IMG/VR virus record: IMGVR_UViG_3300036770_005052
Location: 1 to 64,000 of that record
Length of the DNA stretch: 64,000 nt
Source of the DNA: a virus
Direction: 5' to 3' (one strand)
Shown here: piece after piece, positions 44,668 through 55,741 of the stretch
Numbering within the stretch: the stretch's first letter is position 1
How the letters are laid out: each line of letters starts with the position of its first letter
Notes under the pieces: generated by a model
Database searches by the model: none
What the model saw: the letters and a program-made list of their open reading frames with translations, nothing else
What the model was told of the DNA's origin: nothing
Position numbers and translations under genes: made by a program

Positions 44668-47600
44668 ATGGCAATATTAGACAGCAATCGAGTTACTGGT
44701 GTTAGTACTGTAGTAAATGCGACTGATGCTGCAAATAAGTCGTATGCCGATTATGTGTTGAGTGGTGGTGGAGGATCCGCATATCCAAGTACAACAGGTA
44801 ATGATGGTAAATTTTTGAGTGTTAGATCTGGATTGCCTTCTTACACTCAATGGACATCAATAAATTCAACTTCTTCATCTAACACTGAACCAACATATAA
44901 AGGTTATCAAGAATTTACAACTTCTGGAGCACAAACATTTTATATTCCACCAACTGCAACACAGTTTTATATTGAAGCAATTGGTGGAGGTGGTGGAGGA
45001 GCATCTGGAAGAACAACTGGAACTGTTGGATCTGGAGGTGGTGGAGGATCTGGTGCTTATAACTCGTGGTTAATTCGTCGTTCAGAACTTGGAAATGCTT
45101 CATCTATTACCGTAACTCCAGGTGCTGGTGGTGCAGTTGCATCTAGTGGAGGAAATACAACAGTAACTTGGACTGGAAATAGTCCAATAGGAACCGCAAC
45201 TTATACACTCACATCTTCTGGTGGAACTGGAGCATCCCCATCTGCTGTAACTGCAGGTAGTGCGGGTGCGGCGGCTGATGCGACTTTAAATCCACTTTAT
45301 ACAACTGCTGGTCTTGCTGGTGGTACTGGATTGACATCATGGTCAAGTGTAAATAATGTAACGCAAGTAAATCCATTTCAAGTTACTGGTGGTGGTGGGG
45401 GTGCATATAATACAAGAGAAGGTGGAAACTCTCTCACATATTATTATGGAAATGCTTATAATACTGCAGGAAGTGCTTCTGGTGGTGCAGGTTCAGATGG
45501 TATTCCAGGATCTTATACTGGATCTTATGGATCTGGTGGAGGTGGAGGTGGAGCACTTTCGACTGGAATTAATAGTTGGTATTTAAGAACTTCTGGATTT
45601 GGTTCAACCGCGATTGATTCTCTTGCATATGGTAATGGGAATTACGTTGCTGGTGGATTTTCACCAACGATTTCTTGGATTTTGAGAACTGTAGGATTTG
45701 GTAGTTCCTCAATACAAGGATTAATTTATGGAAATGGTCTTTATGTTGCTTCCGTAATCTCTAGTGGTTTCTTAAGAGCATCAACTGATGGTGTGACTTG
45801 GGTCGCAAGAACATCTCCTGCTATAGCACCTTTTAGTGATACTATGGGTGGAATTTATGATGGGTCTAATTACTTTATCTCTGGTGGTGCTGTAACACCT
45901 GGAGGTCTTCTTACTTCAACAGATACAATCTCTTGGACCTTAAGAACTTCTGGGTTTTTTACTTTATGGATGGGATCTATTTCTTATGGATCTGGTGAAA
46001 CGGAAAAATATATTATTGGTGGTCAAAGTGGTCGATTAAGTTCTTCTACTGATTCTATTTCTTGGGTTTCGAGAACTTCTGGATTTGGAACATCTGGTAT
46101 CATGTCCAGTGTGTATGATGGTTCTAATTATTATATTGGAGGTGCTGGACCACTTTTAAGAGTATCCACAAACGGAATTGCTTGGGTGACAAGAACAGCA
46201 CCTATGAGTGGATATTATGTAAATATGATTTATGGTTTAAACACTTATGTTGCTTCTGGTTCTAGTGGTTCGGTAATTTCTTCAACAAATGGTATTGAAT
46301 GGACTTTAAGAACTTCATCTCTGGGAGTTGCTGGAAGTGCAGTATATGCTTTATTATATAATAATAATCTTTATTATGCGGGAGACGGAACAGGTAGGAT
46401 CGTAACTTCTACAGATACGATTACTTGGATTACCAGAACTTCTGGAAAAAGTGTTGTTATACATGAAATAGCATCTGATGGAATTAACTATGTTGTTGTA
46501 GGTAATAGTGGAGTATCTCTTACATCAACGCAAAGCACTTTAAGTAATCTTGGAAATGGTGGATTACTAACTGCTTCAACTGACGGAATAACTTGGACTT
46601 TAAGAACAAACTTTAATATTCAGACAATTCAATTATTATCTGCAAGTAATAGTTATTATGTTGCGGCTGGATCAAACTATATTTCAGAACCAGCACTGAT
46701 TTCTTCTACTGATAATATCAATTGGTTTTCAAGAACTACTGGATTTGGTACTACTAGTATTTCTGCAGTTGGATATGGAAACAATGAGTTTCTGATTGGA
46801 GGATCTGCAAATAATGTCACTTGGACTTTAAGAACTTCTGGATTTGGTACTAGTCAAATTTCCAGCGTGATATATGGTGGAGATTCTTTTTTGATTGGTA
46901 CTCCTTTTGTAACTGGATTCATAAGAGCATCCACAGATGGTGTATCATGGGTAACTAGAACTTCTGGATTTGGATCTACTGGAATCAATTTTTATTCTTA
47001 TTTTAATGGCGAATATTTGATTGGAGGTAACTCAGCATTTATAACCTGGACTTTAAGAACTTCAGGATTTGGAACAACTAATATTTTTAGTGTAAATTTT
47101 GGCGGATCTCATTTTATTGCTCATGGAGTATCTGGAACTCTAACTGCATCAACAGATGGAGTTTCTTGGTCTTTAAGAACATCAGGATTTGGTACATCGC
47201 AAATTATTAATGCTACTTATTTTAATGGTGAACATTTAATTGGTGGTGCTGGAGCACTTATAAGAGCATCAACAGATACAATAGCATGGATATCAAGAAC
47301 TGCTCCTCTCAATACACTTTCTTTTTACAATTTTAATGGTATTAAGACTTTAAATTCTTCTGGATCTTATGTGTTTGGAATGACTCAAGATTCTTTAAAT
47401 AATTATGGAATGATAGCATCTACCGATAATATTAACTGGGAATTTAGAACTTCTGGAAGAGGAAATGTTATACACTATACAACTGCTTTTGGTGTAAGCA
47501 CATATGCTCTGGGTGTTAATGGTGGTGTTTCTACATCAACTGATAGTATTTCTTGGACAATAAGGACTGCCACTGCGTCACCACAGTATATGGTTTATGG

Positions 47601-49248
47601 TGATCAGTTTGTTACAACTACTGGCACATCTTTACTGGCATCAACAAATGGAATAGTATGGAGAATAAGAACTGTTCCAGGAAACTTGATGCAAAAAATA
47701 TCTTATAATAATAACTTATATGTAGTTTCTGTTGATGCTAATGATGCAAACACTGCAATATCCACTGATACAATTGTTTGGCAAATAAGAACTTCGGGAT
47801 TTGGAACTAGTCAAATTGGTGGAGTAACAAATAATGGAACAGTTTGGGTTATTGCTGGTAGAACAGGAACTTTAGCAACTTCTACACAAGATACATTTAG
47901 TTCTACTGGTAGCGGAGCATTCTTAAGAGCATCAACTGATAGTATATCTTGGATCACCAGAACTACACCACAAGGAACTTTAAATATTGGTTCAAATGGA
48001 GGATTTTCTTCTGCTGGTTCTTATACATTGGCATGGGGAACTAACTCAATATTTAATTATTTCTTAATAGCATCTACTGATAATATTGTTTGGCAAATGA
48101 GGACTGCAATATTCCCTACTAATATTTACAGTTTTACTTATGGAAATGGTATTTACTTATATACAACTCAAGGATCTGGTGGTGTTGCAACTTCTACTGA
48201 TACAATTGTTTGGAATTTAAGAACCTCTGGATCAACATCAGCATTATTTTCTTCTGTATATGGATCATTACCAACAGATACATTTATAGTTGCTGGTTCT
48301 TTAGGTTATCTTGCAACTTCTACTGATTCTATTAACTGGAGATTAAGAACAACGGGATTTGGAACAACAAATATTAATTCATTTGGATTAACTTATAATG
48401 ATGGTCTTTATACTGCAACGATACCTCAACAACAAAGAACATCGACTAATGGTATTACTTGGGTCTTAAGAACCTCTGGATTTGGATCTACATCAATTAA
48501 TGCTATTGCTTATGGTAATAATAATTATGTAATTGTTGGTCCTGTTGGTACTTTAGCAACCTCTACTCAAACTCTTTTGAGTTCTTATGGTACTGGTGCA
48601 TTATTACAAGCATCCACAGATACAATAATATGGACAACTAGAACAGTTGCAAATAATACTATATCAATCACTGCTTTAGCCGGTGAAAGTTCTTATTCGT
48701 TGGCATCGGTAACAAATATTATAAATGACAGTAGTGTTATGGTTTCTACGGATAACATTAACTGGGTTTTAAGAACTTCTGGATTTGGTACGACTGCGAT
48801 TAATGCCTTTACTTATGGCAATTTTTATGTTGCTGGCGGTAACAGTGGAACCATCTCTACTTCTACAGATACGATTGTTTGGTCATTAAGAACATCAGGA
48901 TTCGGTACATCTGCGATTAATGCTCTTGCTTTCAATAATAACATTTATGTCGCCGCTGGTGTAAGTGGATCAATCAGAACATCAACTGATGGAATTTTTT
49001 GGATTGTAAGATCTTCTGGATTTGGAACAACTAATATTAATTCATTAATTTATGGAACCGATTTTGTTGCTGGTGGTCTTGCAGGAACTCTTACTTCTGC
49101 ATCATCCACAACACAATCTGTGGCAGGAAATGGTGGCGCTGGAATTCGTGGGGGTGGTGGAGGTGGTGGAGGATACTCTCAGGAAACAAATCTTGCAGGA
49201 ACAGGTGGAACAGGTGGAACTGGATATGTTAAAATTTCATGGTGGTAA
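44668..49248 (+). CDS. Glycine-rich virion protein with 28 propeller repeats
   Basis: Paralogue; WTLRTSGFGT repeats; ends GGTGYVKISWW. Confidence 0.75.
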   Translation: MAILDSNRVTGVSTVVNATDAANKSYADYVLSGGGGSAYPSTTGNDGKFLSVRSGLPSYTQWTSINSTSSSNTEPTYKGYQEFTTSGAQTFYIPPTATQFYIEAIGGGGGGASGRTTGTVGSGGGGGSGAYNSWLIRRSELGNASSITVTPGAGGAVASSGGNTTVTWTGNSPIGTATYTLTSSGGTGASPSAVTAGSAGAAADATLNPLYTTAGLAGGTGLTSWSSVNNVTQVNPFQVTGGGGGAYNTREGGNSLTYYYGNAYNTAGSASGGAGSDGIPGSYTGSYGSGGGGGGALSTGINSWYLRTSGFGSTAIDSLAYGNGNYVAGGFSPTISWILRTVGFGSSSIQGLIYGNGLYVASVISSGFLRASTDGVTWVARTSPAIAPFSDTMGGIYDGSNYFISGGAVTPGGLLTSTDTISWTLRTSGFFTLWMGSISYGSGETEKYIIGGQSGRLSSSTDSISWVSRTSGFGTSGIMSSVYDGSNYYIGGAGPLLRVSTNGIAWVTRTAPMSGYYVNMIYGLNTYVASGSSGSVISSTNGIEWTLRTSSLGVAGSAVYALLYNNNLYYAGDGTGRIVTSTDTITWITRTSGKSVVIHEIASDGINYVVVGNSGVSLTSTQSTLSNLGNGGLLTASTDGITWTLRTNFNIQTIQLLSASNSYYVAAGSNYISEPALISSTDNINWFSRTTGFGTTSISAVGYGNNEFLIGGSANNVTWTLRTSGFGTSQISSVIYGGDSFLIGTPFVTGFIRASTDGVSWVTRTSGFGSTGINFYSYFNGEYLIGGNSAFITWTLRTSGFGTTNIFSVNFGGSHFIAHGVSGTLTASTDGVSWSLRTSGFGTSQIINATYFNGEHLIGGAGALIRASTDTIAWISRTAPLNTLSFYNFNGIKTLNSSGSYVFGMTQDSLNNYGMIASTDNINWEFRTSGRGNVIHYTTAFGVSTYALGVNGGVSTSTDSISWTIRTATASPQYMVYGDQFVTTTGTSLLASTNGIVWRIRTVPGNLMQKISYNNNLYVVSVDANDANTAISTDTIVWQIRTSGFGTSQIGGVTNNGTVWVIAGRTGTLATSTQDTFSSTGSGAFLRASTDSISWITRTTPQGTLNIGSNGGFSSAGSYTLAWGTNSIFNYFLIASTDNIVWQMRTAIFPTNIYSFTYGNGIYLYTTQGSGGVATSTDTIVWNLRTSGSTSALFSSVYGSLPTDTFIVAGSLGYLATSTDSINWRLRTTGFGTTNINSFGLTYNDGLYTATIPQQQRTSTNGITWVLRTSGFGSTSINAIAYGNNNYVIVGPVGTLATSTQTLLSSYGTGALLQASTDTIIWTTRTVANNTISITALAGESSYSLASVTNIINDSSVMVSTDNINWVLRTSGFGTTAINAFTYGNFYVAGGNSGTISTSTDTIVWSLRTSGFGTSAINALAFNNNIYVAAGVSGSIRTSTDGIFWIVRSSGFGTTNINSLIYGTDFVAGGLAGTLTSASSTTQSVAGNGGAGIRGGGGGGGGYSQETNLAGTGGTGGTGYVKISWW

Positions 49249-49293
49249 AACGTGCCTAGATATGTTATAATCATTCGTATCTGACTTTAGTTT

Positions 49294-50010
49294 ATGCTAA
49301 ATTATTCGAATCAACCGAAGACTGATTTCAAAGGAAAAACAATCGCATTTTGTCTTCCTGGATTTTCATATTCAGGAACCTTTATGACTCAGATGATCCG
49401 CCTTTTGTTTGATCTGAATCAAATGGGGATCAACTTTTATATTTCACAAAAATACAGTTCGATGGTTAACTTTGCCAGAACTGATTGTTTGCAGGCAGAT
49501 AACTTTGCAGGGACCATGCTGACTCCTTGGAGGGGTCAAGTTCCTTATGATTACATCATGTGGATTGATAGTGATATTATCTTTAAAACAGAAGATCTTC
49601 TAGAACTTCTAAAGATGGATAAGGATATTTCGACTGGATGGTATGTTCAGTCGAATGGAACTCCAGTATCCAATCAATCAACAGTAGTTGTGGATATGGA
49701 TAAAAAACTTCTTTTGGAGAAGGGTTCTTATTATTTTGAAACTATTGAAGATATGCAACGCCGTTCAGAACCATTTAAAATCGAATACTGTGGATTTGGT
49801 TGGGTTCTGATGAAAAAAGGTATTTTTGAAAAAATTCCTTATCCTTGGTTTGCACCAAAGAAAGTTCAACTCATTCGTGAGGATGGAATCGTTCTTGAAG
49901 ATATGTGTTCTGAAGATGTAGCAATGTGTGAAGATATTCGTGAGCATGGATTTGACATCTGGTGCAATCCAAAAGTTCGTGTCGGTCATCAAAAAATGGT
50001 AATTCTATGA
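49294..50010 (+). CDS. GT-A fold glycosyltransferase-like protein
   Basis: MWIDSDI, GFGWVL, SEDV, VGH.K. Confidence 0.7.
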   Translation: MLNYSNQPKTDFKGKTIAFCLPGFSYSGTFMTQMIRLLFDLNQMGINFYISQKYSSMVNFARTDCLQADNFAGTMLTPWRGQVPYDYIMWIDSDIIFKTEDLLELLKMDKDISTGWYVQSNGTPVSNQSTVVVDMDKKLLLEKGSYYFETIEDMQRRSEPFKIEYCGFGWVLMKKGIFEKIPYPWFAPKKVQLIREDGIVLEDMCSEDVAMCEDIREHGFDIWCNPKVRVGHQKMVIL

Positions 50011-50666
50011 TGCATTTTAATGTTGTTATTGCAACTCCAGGCAATAAACTTACAGCAGAATATGTAAAATCATTACTTGGAACAATTCAAGTAATGCAGG
50101 CAAATAATATTTCTTGGCACTTTCAAAATGAATATGCTTCTTTAGTTACAAATGCAAGAGAAGCAACAATTACTGGAAGTCGTCAATTAGAAGTTTTTAA
50201 TAAATCACCTGGTAAAGGTCAATATACATACGATAAAATCTTTTGTATTGATAGTGATATTGTTTGGAATCCCGATCATTTTCTTAAGTTGTATTCATCA
50301 GATAAAGATGTTATTTCTGGCGTTTACTTTGAGGCACAAGGTGCCGATGCGATGATTCACCAAACAAAAGAAAGTCATCGTCCTATGACTAGAGATGAAG
50401 TTTTTTCTCTTGCTCAAGTAGGAAATCCTTTTAAAGTATGGGGAGTTGGACTTGGATTTGTTTGTATAAAGCAAGGAGTTTTTGAAAGTATTCAACGTCC
50501 TTGGTATCGCCTTGGAAAAATTATTCAAGAAGTTGATGGTGTAGTTTATGAACTTCCTCTTGGTGAAGATCTAGATTGGTGTGAACGAGTTGCAGAAAAG
50601 GGACATGATGTTTATGTTGATCCAACTGTAGTAGTTGGACATATGAAAACTAATATGGTATTATGA
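50007..50666 (+). CDS. GT-A fold glycosyltransferase-like protein (paralogue)
   Basis: FCIDSDI, GLGFV, GEDL, VGHMK. Confidence 0.7.
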   Translation: MMHFNVVIATPGNKLTAEYVKSLLGTIQVMQANNISWHFQNEYASLVTNAREATITGSRQLEVFNKSPGKGQYTYDKIFCIDSDIVWNPDHFLKLYSSDKDVISGVYFEAQGADAMIHQTKESHRPMTRDEVFSLAQVGNPFKVWGVGLGFVCIKQGVFESIQRPWYRLGKIIQEVDGVVYELPLGEDLDWCERVAEKGHDVYVDPTVVVGHMKTNMVL

Positions 50667-51376
50667 AAAAACTTGCAGTCTTTTATCATCTAGGGGCAAT
50701 CAATAGTCTCTGGGATAAATTTTTGGATGAACAACTTGGTTTGATTAAATCATCTGGTCTTGCAGATGTGGCAACCATAAACATGTGCTATGCTTGCCCA
50801 GATCATGCTGTAAATGAAATCAAGATCTATGTTCGTCAGAAGTATCCTTTTGTAAATATTCTTTCTTCCAGAATCCTTGAAGGTAAAGGAGAACAGGAGA
50901 ACTTATTTGAAGGGCAAACATTAAAAGAACTTCAAACATATTCAAAAACAAACGATGGATATGTTCTTTATATTCATTCTAAAGGAATGCTTCATGCAGT
51001 AAATTCATATCAAACCATCCCAACAAGAGATTGGCGTCATTATATGAATTATTGGTGCATCGAAAGATGGAAGGACTGTATTCAAAAATTAGAAGATGAT
51101 CAGGTGGATGCAGTTTCGACAAATTGGACTCGTGATCCTTATCCACATTTTGCGGGAAACTTCTGGTGGGCAACGACTGATTATATTAAAACTCTTCCAA
51201 ATGTTCTGGACAGAAGTTTATATTATGATGAGAAGTTTACGGAAAAGTTTGATGGTCATCGATTCTGTTATGAAGTATGGATGGCAACCAATAGTCCAAA
51301 GGTAAGATCGATTCATTATAGTGCGATTGATCATTACTATGCACCCTATCCGAGAGAGCGTTATGTTACAGTATAG
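50663..51376 (+). CDS. Putative glycosyltransferase
   Basis: YIHSKG, WRHYM, HFAGNFWWA; domain repeated in the next gene. Confidence 0.55.
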   Translation: MKKLAVFYHLGAINSLWDKFLDEQLGLIKSSGLADVATINMCYACPDHAVNEIKIYVRQKYPFVNILSSRILEGKGEQENLFEGQTLKELQTYSKTNDGYVLYIHSKGMLHAVNSYQTIPTRDWRHYMNYWCIERWKDCIQKLEDDQVDAVSTNWTRDPYPHFAGNFWWATTDYIKTLPNVLDRSLYYDEKFTEKFDGHRFCYEVWMATNSPKVRSIHYSAIDHYYAPYPRERYVTV

Positions 51377-52796
51377 AAATCAAATCGAAAAACCAAAATC
51401 AATCACAGTTTTTTATCATCTATTCATTCCTGATACTAATAACATGTGGGTATGGTGGATTGATGAGCAGATGGGTTTGCTGAAATCTTCAGGACTTGCT
51501 GATAAGGCAAAGATTAATATGTGTATGACTCTTCCTCTTGGATTGTATAACTCCAAGACTGGGCATTCTTATGATGAAATGGTTATTGGTTATATTAAAG
51601 ACCGTTATCCTTTTGTGAATATTGTTGATATATGTCCAACAGGAGAACAACCAAATCTTTATGAGGGTCAAACTCTTGCGAAGATTTATGAGCACTGTCA
51701 AGAATATGATGGATTTGTTTTCTACTTCCATAACAAAGGAATGAGTTCTTATTCAACTCATATTCCTGGTGCCATTAAAGATTGGCGACACTACATGCAG
51801 TATTATAATATTGAAAAGTGGGAAGATTGCGTTGCCAAACTTGAAGAAGGATATCAGTGTTGTGGTGTTGATTGGGTTGAACGCCATGATATTAAACTTG
51901 ACTTTGTGGTTCAGCACTATGCTGGAAACTTTTGGTGGGCACGAAATGATTATATCCGTACTCTAAAGCATCCAATCAAGATCGAAGAGTACATGGATGT
52001 AGAAGCGATGATGCGAGAACTGCAAAACTATCGTTATTGTTTTGAACTTTGGATGGCAACTGGTAATCCAAAGCAACACTGCTTCCATTATCGCCGTCAT
52101 CATCAGTATGATAATCAGGGACTGGAAAGATACTTTACATACTTCCCACCCGAAATGTATCGTGAAGATGTTGAAACTGATGAAACGAAATATACAAGAA
52201 ATAAACTTGATGTATTGTTAGAAATTGGAAGACAAAATATGTTTAATTGGAGAGATCATCGTCGGTTTGCTGATTGGATTGTTCGTCGTAAGCAACCAGA
52301 AACGATTGTGGATCTTGGAGTTGATTATGGTTATTCGACATTCTGTTTCGCAATTCCCGAGATTGGACATGTTTATGGTATTGATAGTTTTGAAGGAGAT
52401 GTTTGTGCAGGAGAACGAGATACTTATGAATATGTGATTAATAAGCAAAAAGAACTTGACTTAAACAACATTACAATCATTAAAGGATTCTTTGATGATA
52501 TTGTGAAAACTTGGGATAAGCAGATTGATATTCTCCATATTGATGGTCTTCATACCTATGAGGCAGTCAAGAATGATTTTGAGAAGTGGTCGCCATTTGT
52601 AAAAGAAAATGGTATAATACTAATGCATGATACTATGGTTGAAGATCCAAAGTTTGGTGTGAGCAGATTCTTTAAAGAAATTAATCTTCCTAAAACTAAC
52701 TTTGGACATTGTAATGGACTGGGTGTTGTGAGTAAAGACATAAATCTTATTAACGAAATCAAAAATAATTTTGGAGAGTTTATTCGTGAAATTTAA
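51363..52796 (+). CDS. Putative glycosyltransferase fused to a class I methyltransferase
   Basis: YFHNKG/HYAGNFWWA plus VDLGVDYGYS, LHIDGLHTY, MHD. Confidence 0.7.
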   Translation: MLQYRNQIEKPKSITVFYHLFIPDTNNMWVWWIDEQMGLLKSSGLADKAKINMCMTLPLGLYNSKTGHSYDEMVIGYIKDRYPFVNIVDICPTGEQPNLYEGQTLAKIYEHCQEYDGFVFYFHNKGMSSYSTHIPGAIKDWRHYMQYYNIEKWEDCVAKLEEGYQCCGVDWVERHDIKLDFVVQHYAGNFWWARNDYIRTLKHPIKIEEYMDVEAMMRELQNYRYCFELWMATGNPKQHCFHYRRHHQYDNQGLERYFTYFPPEMYREDVETDETKYTRNKLDVLLEIGRQNMFNWRDHRRFADWIVRRKQPETIVDLGVDYGYSTFCFAIPEIGHVYGIDSFEGDVCAGERDTYEYVINKQKELDLNNITIIKGFFDDIVKTWDKQIDILHIDGLHTYEAVKNDFEKWSPFVKENGIILMHDTMVEDPKFGVSRFFKEINLPKTNFGHCNGLGVVSKDINLINEIKNNFGEFIREI

Positions 52797-53628
52797 TCTG
52801 TGTCGTATTGTACCTGATAATGGTTTTTATATTCATTCTCAAGTTTTCCATGAGATTGAAGCGGCGATGTTTTTTACCCTTCAAAGGATGGGGTATGAAG
52901 TTACGAATAGTGTAAATGACTTCAAAAGAGATGCTAGAAATATTGTGTTTGGAATGCACCACTGCCCCGTAGATGTTGTTCGGCATGATGTTCCTAAAGA
53001 TACAATTGTATATTCTTTAGAACAAATGAGAGATTCTCCAGAGTGTATTCGATGGTGTAGAAAATATCGTGGATTAGAAGTATGGGATTATTCTATGAGG
53101 AACGTAGATGTTCTTCGTAAGGCAGGTGTAGAAAATATCAAGCACTGTAAAGTTGGATATGTCCCAGAAATTTCTTACTTTGAAAGGAACAAACCAGAAG
53201 AAAGAGATATTGACATTCTTTTTTATGGTTCTCCATCTCCTAGAAGAGTTGCTGTAATGGATGTTTTTGATAAAGATCCAAACATCAACTTTGTTCATGT
53301 TCAATCAACTTATGGTGATGATCGTGATAAGTATATTCAAAGAGCAAAGTTGGTAATTAATTTGCACAATCACGATAATCAAATCTTTGAAATCATTCGC
53401 GTATCGCATTTGATTCAAAATAAAGTTCCTGTTCTTTGTGAGAGAAATTCTTATACAGATTTTCCAGATTATATGGAAGGAACAGTGTTTACTGCGCCAT
53501 ATGAACAGTTTGTTGCGAAGGCATATGAACTTCTGAAAAATACAAAAGAACTAGATGAGCAAGCAGAAAGGGGATTGGAAATTTTTAAAAAATCTCCCAT
53601 GGAAAATTTTCTTAAGGAGGTTTTATGA
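52786..53628 (+). CDS. Putative GT-B glycosyltransferase
   Basis: DIDILFYGS..RR, AKLVINLH, FEIIR. Confidence 0.65.
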   Translation: MKFNLCRIVPDNGFYIHSQVFHEIEAAMFFTLQRMGYEVTNSVNDFKRDARNIVFGMHHCPVDVVRHDVPKDTIVYSLEQMRDSPECIRWCRKYRGLEVWDYSMRNVDVLRKAGVENIKHCKVGYVPEISYFERNKPEERDIDILFYGSPSPRRVAVMDVFDKDPNINFVHVQSTYGDDRDKYIQRAKLVINLHNHDNQIFEIIRVSHLIQNKVPVLCERNSYTDFPDYMEGTVFTAPYEQFVAKAYELLKNTKELDEQAERGLEIFKKSPMENFLKEVL

Positions 53629-55478
53629 AAGTAATTGATGGTTTTTCATTCTTTAATGAATTTGATATTCTTAAGTTGAGATTGGAATATCTCCGCGATG
53701 TTGTAGATTATTTTGTTATTTCTGAATGTAACTATACACATTCTGGAAAACCAAAACCATATTATTTGGATCAAATAATTGATCAATTTGATGATGAATT
53801 AAAGTCTAAAATTATTCGTCTTAAATATGAACCCAATATTGATGGGTATGATTTTAGTAATAGGGATGAATGTAATTTTGAATCTGGTTTTTGGAAATTA
53901 GAACAGGGGCAACGAGATCATATCAGTAAAGGATTATTTCAATTTGGATTTGATGATCTTTTCATGTTAAGTGATGCTGATGAGATTCCGAAGAAAGAAT
54001 TGATTCTTTATATGAAAGATAATATTTCTAAAGAATCATTTGCCACTGCTATGTGTGAAAACTTTTATTATAATTTTAATACATATGAAAATGATACGTG
54101 GGCAGGAACAGTATTTACTACAGTTAAGAATGCACTAGAAAATGGATGCAATTACTTAAGAGCAAACTGTTTTACTTTTCCTTTTGCAGAAAAGTCTGGG
54201 TGGCACCTTACATTCTTTGGTGGAATTGAACAAATTAAAACAAAGTTGGAATCCTATGCTCATCAAGAATTTAATCGTGATGATATTAAAAATGAAGAGC
54301 ATATTAAAACCGCGATTAAAACTGGGACTGATCTTCTAGATCGTAAGCATGAACATAAACAGTTCATCAAGTATAATTTTTCAAACTTTCCAGAAGACTT
54401 TAAAAGTGCTATAATTAAAACATTCGCAGAAGAATACTATAAGATGCCAGAACCCGAAGTTGTAACACGACCAGAGTTTCTTCATAATAATATGCCACCA
54501 CTTCTTGAGGCATCGTTGAATCCTGATGGAACTGGTGGTACGGAGATTATGGGTCGTGCTTGGCAAGATCTTGTTCTTCCTGCGGCACCAGATCTTGCCG
54601 ATTGGCACTGGTGTGTGATTCCTGGTGATAATATTATTGCGCCAGATAATTCTAATATTGTTTGGTTGCATCCCCATCATAATGAGGTTGGTCTTGAACA
54701 GTTGATGGACAAGCAGTTCCAGAAACATTTTAAAGCATATGTTTTTGTTTCTGATTGGCAATATGGGAGATTTGGTGAAAAGTTTAATCTTCCCATGGAG
54801 AAATGTTTTGTTCTTAAGAATGCAATTCATCCTTTTGAACCTCATAAGAAACCTGAAGGAAAACTTCAACTGATGTTCCATCCTAATCCAATCCGTGGAT
54901 TGGATCTTCTTTTGGAAGGTATTAAATTGATTCCGGAAGAGGACTTTGAACTTCATATTTTCCATGAACTTGATCCTGATGAGCGTAAAAAACAATATGC
55001 TCAAGGGTTACAAACATATGAATATTCTCATGTTTGTGAACAAGAAGAAAAGTTTCTTCGTTACTGTTTAGCACTCGCAAATGATGATAAGCGAGTTGTT
55101 CGTCATACACGAACAAATAACTCTAAAATTCGTGAGCAATTGATGAAGACTCATATCTTTGCTTATCCATCATACTTTCAGGAGACATCTTGTATTTGTT
55201 TGATTGAAGCACTTTCTGCTGGATGTTCTGTAGTTGCAAGTAATCTTGCGGCACTTTCTGAAACTTCTCTGGGATTTGCTCGTCTTTATGGGTATATTCC
55301 TGATCGCCAAAAACATATTGAGCGTTTTGCGGAAGAACTTAAACAAACTATTACAGAATACCGAAATGGGCAGTTTGATAGCACCGCTCAAGTACAGGTA
55401 ATAAATAACTACTACAGTTGGGATACTAGAATCCAAGACTGGGTTAAATTTTCAAAAGAACTTTGGAGGAAATTTTAA
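53625..55478 (+). CDS. GT17 (beta-1,4-GlcNAc transferase-like) + GT4-like fusion
   Basis: FFNEFDIL.LR, SDADEIP, GWHL; GGTE...ETSCICLIEA. Confidence 0.8.
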   Translation: MKVIDGFSFFNEFDILKLRLEYLRDVVDYFVISECNYTHSGKPKPYYLDQIIDQFDDELKSKIIRLKYEPNIDGYDFSNRDECNFESGFWKLEQGQRDHISKGLFQFGFDDLFMLSDADEIPKKELILYMKDNISKESFATAMCENFYYNFNTYENDTWAGTVFTTVKNALENGCNYLRANCFTFPFAEKSGWHLTFFGGIEQIKTKLESYAHQEFNRDDIKNEEHIKTAIKTGTDLLDRKHEHKQFIKYNFSNFPEDFKSAIIKTFAEEYYKMPEPEVVTRPEFLHNNMPPLLEASLNPDGTGGTEIMGRAWQDLVLPAAPDLADWHWCVIPGDNIIAPDNSNIVWLHPHHNEVGLEQLMDKQFQKHFKAYVFVSDWQYGRFGEKFNLPMEKCFVLKNAIHPFEPHKKPEGKLQLMFHPNPIRGLDLLLEGIKLIPEEDFELHIFHELDPDERKKQYAQGLQTYEYSHVCEQEEKFLRYCLALANDDKRVVRHTRTNNSKIREQLMKTHIFAYPSYFQETSCICLIEALSAGCSVVASNLAALSETSLGFARLYGYIPDRQKHIERFAEELKQTITEYRNGQFDSTAQVQVINNYYSWDTRIQDWVKFSKELWRKF

Positions 55479-55724
55479 ATGGCTACAAAAACTGAAACCC
55501 TTACAATGCCTTTAATGCATGTATATCACTTAACTGCGGATCCTGCAAATGATACTGGTTATACGATTGAAGAGGTAACAAAGTTAATGGAAGAGCATGG
55601 ATCCGATTATAAGATTGAAGTAACTGTGACTCATCCAATTCCAGATCCACAACCAGAAGAAATAGAAGTATCTTCGGAAGTAGTAGAAGAAAATTCGGCA
55701 ACATCTCAAGAAGTAACAGAATAA
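55479..55724 (+). CDS. Acidic hypothetical protein
   Basis: 81-aa ORF with GGAGG RBS. Confidence 0.6.
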   Translation: MATKTETLTMPLMHVYHLTADPANDTGYTIEEVTKLMEEHGSDYKIEVTVTHPIPDPQPEEIEVSSEVVEENSATSQEVTE

Positions 55725-55741
55725 TTTTTATTTAAATCATT

